Notes under the pieces: generated by a model
Told to the model about the DNA's origin: nothing
What the model saw: the letters and a program-made list of their open reading frames with translations, nothing else
The model's database searches: none
Source of the DNA: a virus
Taxonomy: Duplodnaviria > Caudoviricetes
Direction: 5' to 3' (one strand)
DNA length: 37,611 bases
Virus record (IMG/VR): IMGVR_UViG_3300025671_000186
Location: 1 to 37,611 of that record
Position numbers and translations under genes: made by a program
Shown: piece after piece, positions 35,845-37,611 of the stretch
How positions within the stretch are numbered: position 1 is the first letter of the stretch
How the letters are laid out: the number at the start of each line of letters is the position of its first letter

Positions 35845-36174
35845 ATGAATAGTATGACACATAAAAAAATGGTCCCTGATATTCAAGTATTTTTTACGAA
35901 TAACAAGAATAAAACGTGGTTTTTAGCAATTACCACCGAATATCCAAAATTTAAATTTGTTAAAATGAATCGAACGTCTAAAGGTTATAGTTTCAATGAT
36001 GTTTTAAAAATTAATAATGTTGTCGCTACTATATCAATGGGCTATCACTTGGATTATATGTCAAGTGAAGAACTACGCGCAATAGATGAATATTTAGAAG
36101 AAAATTATTTAGCAAAAAATATTTATAATGAGGCGGTTAAAAATACTTTTACGGCCGACGATATACCATTTTAA
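35845..36174 (+). CDS. Hypothetical protein ending in DDIPF
   Basis: AAGGA RBS before ATG 35845; C-terminus TFTADDIPF. Confidence 0.75.
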   Translation: MNSMTHKKMVPDIQVFFTNNKNKTWFLAITTEYPKFKFVKMNRTSKGYSFNDVLKINNVVATISMGYHLDYMSSEELRAIDEYLEENYLAKNIYNEAVKNTFTADDIPF

Positions 36175-36191
36175 AAAAGGATAGGTGAATT

Positions 36192-36347
36192 ATGAAAAAA
36201 TATAGAATCGATTATGCTTTTCAAAAAATTTATATTTTCGATCATAATCAAAACGCTTATTTATTTTTTTGTACTTTTCAAAGTATCGGAGCAAAAAAAA
36301 GCAATAGAGAAAAAACAATTTTAAAATTATTAGAAAAGGATAAATAA
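36192..36347 (+). CDS. Hypothetical protein, 51 aa (not in track)
   Basis: AGGTG RBS; MKKYRIDYAFQKIYIFDHNQNAYLFFCTFQSIGAKKSNREKTILKLLEKDK*. Confidence 0.65.
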   Translation: MKKYRIDYAFQKIYIFDHNQNAYLFFCTFQSIGAKKSNREKTILKLLEKDK

Positions 36348-36350
36348 ATT

Positions 36351-36959
36351 ATGAGACAAGAAACAATAATAAAAACATATTTAAAATTTAATGAATTGAA
36401 TGACGAACAAAAAGAAAAAGTGATCGAAAATAATAGAGATATAAATACCGATTATGAATGGTGGCAATTTACTAAAGAAGACTTTCACGCGCAATTAGAT
36501 ATTCTTGGCTTTTACGATGTTGAAAGTTATTTCAGTGGTTTCTGGTCACAAGGCGATGGCGCATCTTTCACCGGAAAATTTAGCTATCCAGAAAATGAAA
36601 AAGAAATAGAAACAATTTTAAAAAACTTAATAGATAATTATAATTATAAAGACGATAAGTTAGACTATGCTAAAAATATTCTACGCAATGCCATGATAGA
36701 AAAAAAGAAAGATATAGATGACGATTATTATCCTTGCGAATTAGAAATTTATTCACGTTCCAATTACTGCCATTCTAATACAATGCAATTATTAAATAAT
36801 GACAATGATTGTTTTTTAGAAAATTGTCGATGGCTTGCCGATGAATATTATAAAACTTTAGACGATGAATATTATTATTTAGTAAGTGATGAGGCGATAA
36901 CAGAAACATTAATAATTAATGACTATGAATTTGATATAGATACTTTAAAAATAGGATGA
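36351..36959 (+). CDS. Acidic mobile-element protein of the family often auto-labelled antitoxin of toxin-antitoxin stability system (function unproven)
   Basis: F.EL.DEQKEK, YFSGFWSQGDGASF and L..EY.YL.SDEAI.E....N.YEF motifs. Confidence 0.75.
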   Translation: MRQETIIKTYLKFNELNDEQKEKVIENNRDINTDYEWWQFTKEDFHAQLDILGFYDVESYFSGFWSQGDGASFTGKFSYPENEKEIETILKNLIDNYNYKDDKLDYAKNILRNAMIEKKKDIDDDYYPCELEIYSRSNYCHSNTMQLLNNDNDCFLENCRWLADEYYKTLDDEYYYLVSDEAITETLIINDYEFDIDTLKIG

Positions 36960-36965
36960 ATAAAA

Positions 36966-37256
36966 ATGACTTTAGAAATAAAAACAAATAATCAATTTAG
37001 AGAAATTATTTACTGGTATGATTTAACAGAAAAAGAAAAAGATGAATTAAAAGATAATTACGACACAATAGAGGAAAGTAGTTTTTTTAGATATAAAAAT
37101 CAAGTTTATGATTTAAACGACTTTATGAGGCTAGAAAAAAATTCTCTCTTTCCCGATTCTTGGCATGGTTATTCAAACGATAGTTTTTTTTCAGGTATTT
37201 TAATTGAACTAAGTAATTGTGGTGATGGTGTAAAGGTAGGTTTTTATGCCTGTTAA
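36966..37256 (+). CDS. Acidic phage protein
   Basis: IKTNN..R, FFRYK...YDL.DFMR and W.GY..DSFFSG.LI blocks. Confidence 0.78.
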   Translation: MTLEIKTNNQFREIIYWYDLTEKEKDELKDNYDTIEESSFFRYKNQVYDLNDFMRLEKNSLFPDSWHGYSNDSFFSGILIELSNCGDGVKVGFYAC

Positions 37257-37503
37257 ATTTGATGAATATAGCGCGACAATATGTAAGCATTATATTACTG
37301 CGATTGAATACTATGATATTTCAGGTTTAACCGGTAGTGAAATTAAAAATATCAATGAATTTTTAGATCAATGGCCTAACGCTTGTTTTGAGTATAGTGA
37401 GGAAAGTGATTTTTGCCGTGATGATATTACAGGTTTAATGGCCGACTGTATAGAGGTAAAAATATTTATACCAAAAAAGGAAAATTTAAAACTTATTAAA
37501 TAG
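37246..37503 (+). CDS. Small acidic protein
   Basis: D.SGL...E...I.EF pattern; overlap-coupled to the previous gene. Confidence 0.7.
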   Translation: MPVKFDEYSATICKHYITAIEYYDISGLTGSEIKNINEFLDQWPNACFEYSEESDFCRDDITGLMADCIEVKIFIPKKENLKLIK

Positions 37504-37514
37504 GAAAATGAAAA

Positions 37515-37611
37515 ATGAATAATGAAAAAACAGAAAGAATCGCAGCGCGAATTTTACCCGTAAACAAAAGGAAAATAAGGCGATATTTTAAAACTTATAC
37601 TTTTAGAGATA
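37515..37611 (+). CDS. Partial CDS running off the window
   Basis: AGGA upstream; MNNEKTERIAARILPV... is open to the end of the window. Confidence 0.5.
   Translation, partial: MNNEKTERIAARILPVNKRKIRRYFKTYTFRD

Noticed and set aside
1-37611. Stop-codon reassignment
   Set aside because: Long genes are intact under the standard code, and TAA, TAG and TGA all occur as plausible gene ends.

Overview
This is a fragment of an AT-rich tailed phage (siphovirus-type, probably infecting a Gram-negative host). No integrase, rRNA, tRNA or CRISPR array is visible. From left to right: (i) a + strand late operon (1-17280) with head-tail connector, neck, tail terminator, tail tube, tail chaperone with a -1 frameshift, tape measure, lambda-like tail tip genes, a mosaic repeat-built tail fibre and a lysis cassette (M15 endolysin plus several small membrane proteins); (ii) a HEXXH protein and a free-standing PD-(D/E)XK endonuclease; (iii) a divergent replication module: family B DNA polymerase, DUF2815-type SSB and DUF2800 nuclease leftwards, and SF2 helicase, DUF3310, VRR-NUC and primase-polymerase/helicase rightwards; (iv) a - strand regulatory cluster (two XRE-HTH, ParB-like, DUF1653, RHH) next to a repeat- and structure-rich non-coding block; (v) an HNH nuclease cluster; (vi) a very AT-rich non-coding control region, then small, mostly acidic early-type genes. 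The most unusual signals are non-coding. They are a ~110-nt highly paired element with G.U pairs, two long-loop stems sharing the decamer TTGAAAGAGT before the polymerase and primase genes, a recurring GGAGACT ribosome-binding motif whose complement lies in one of those loops, four GAAC-N3-GTTC boxes, and iteron-like repeats upstream of the ParB gene. One early protein also ends in the SSB-tail motif DDIPF. All family names come from motif recognition by eye, not from database searches.
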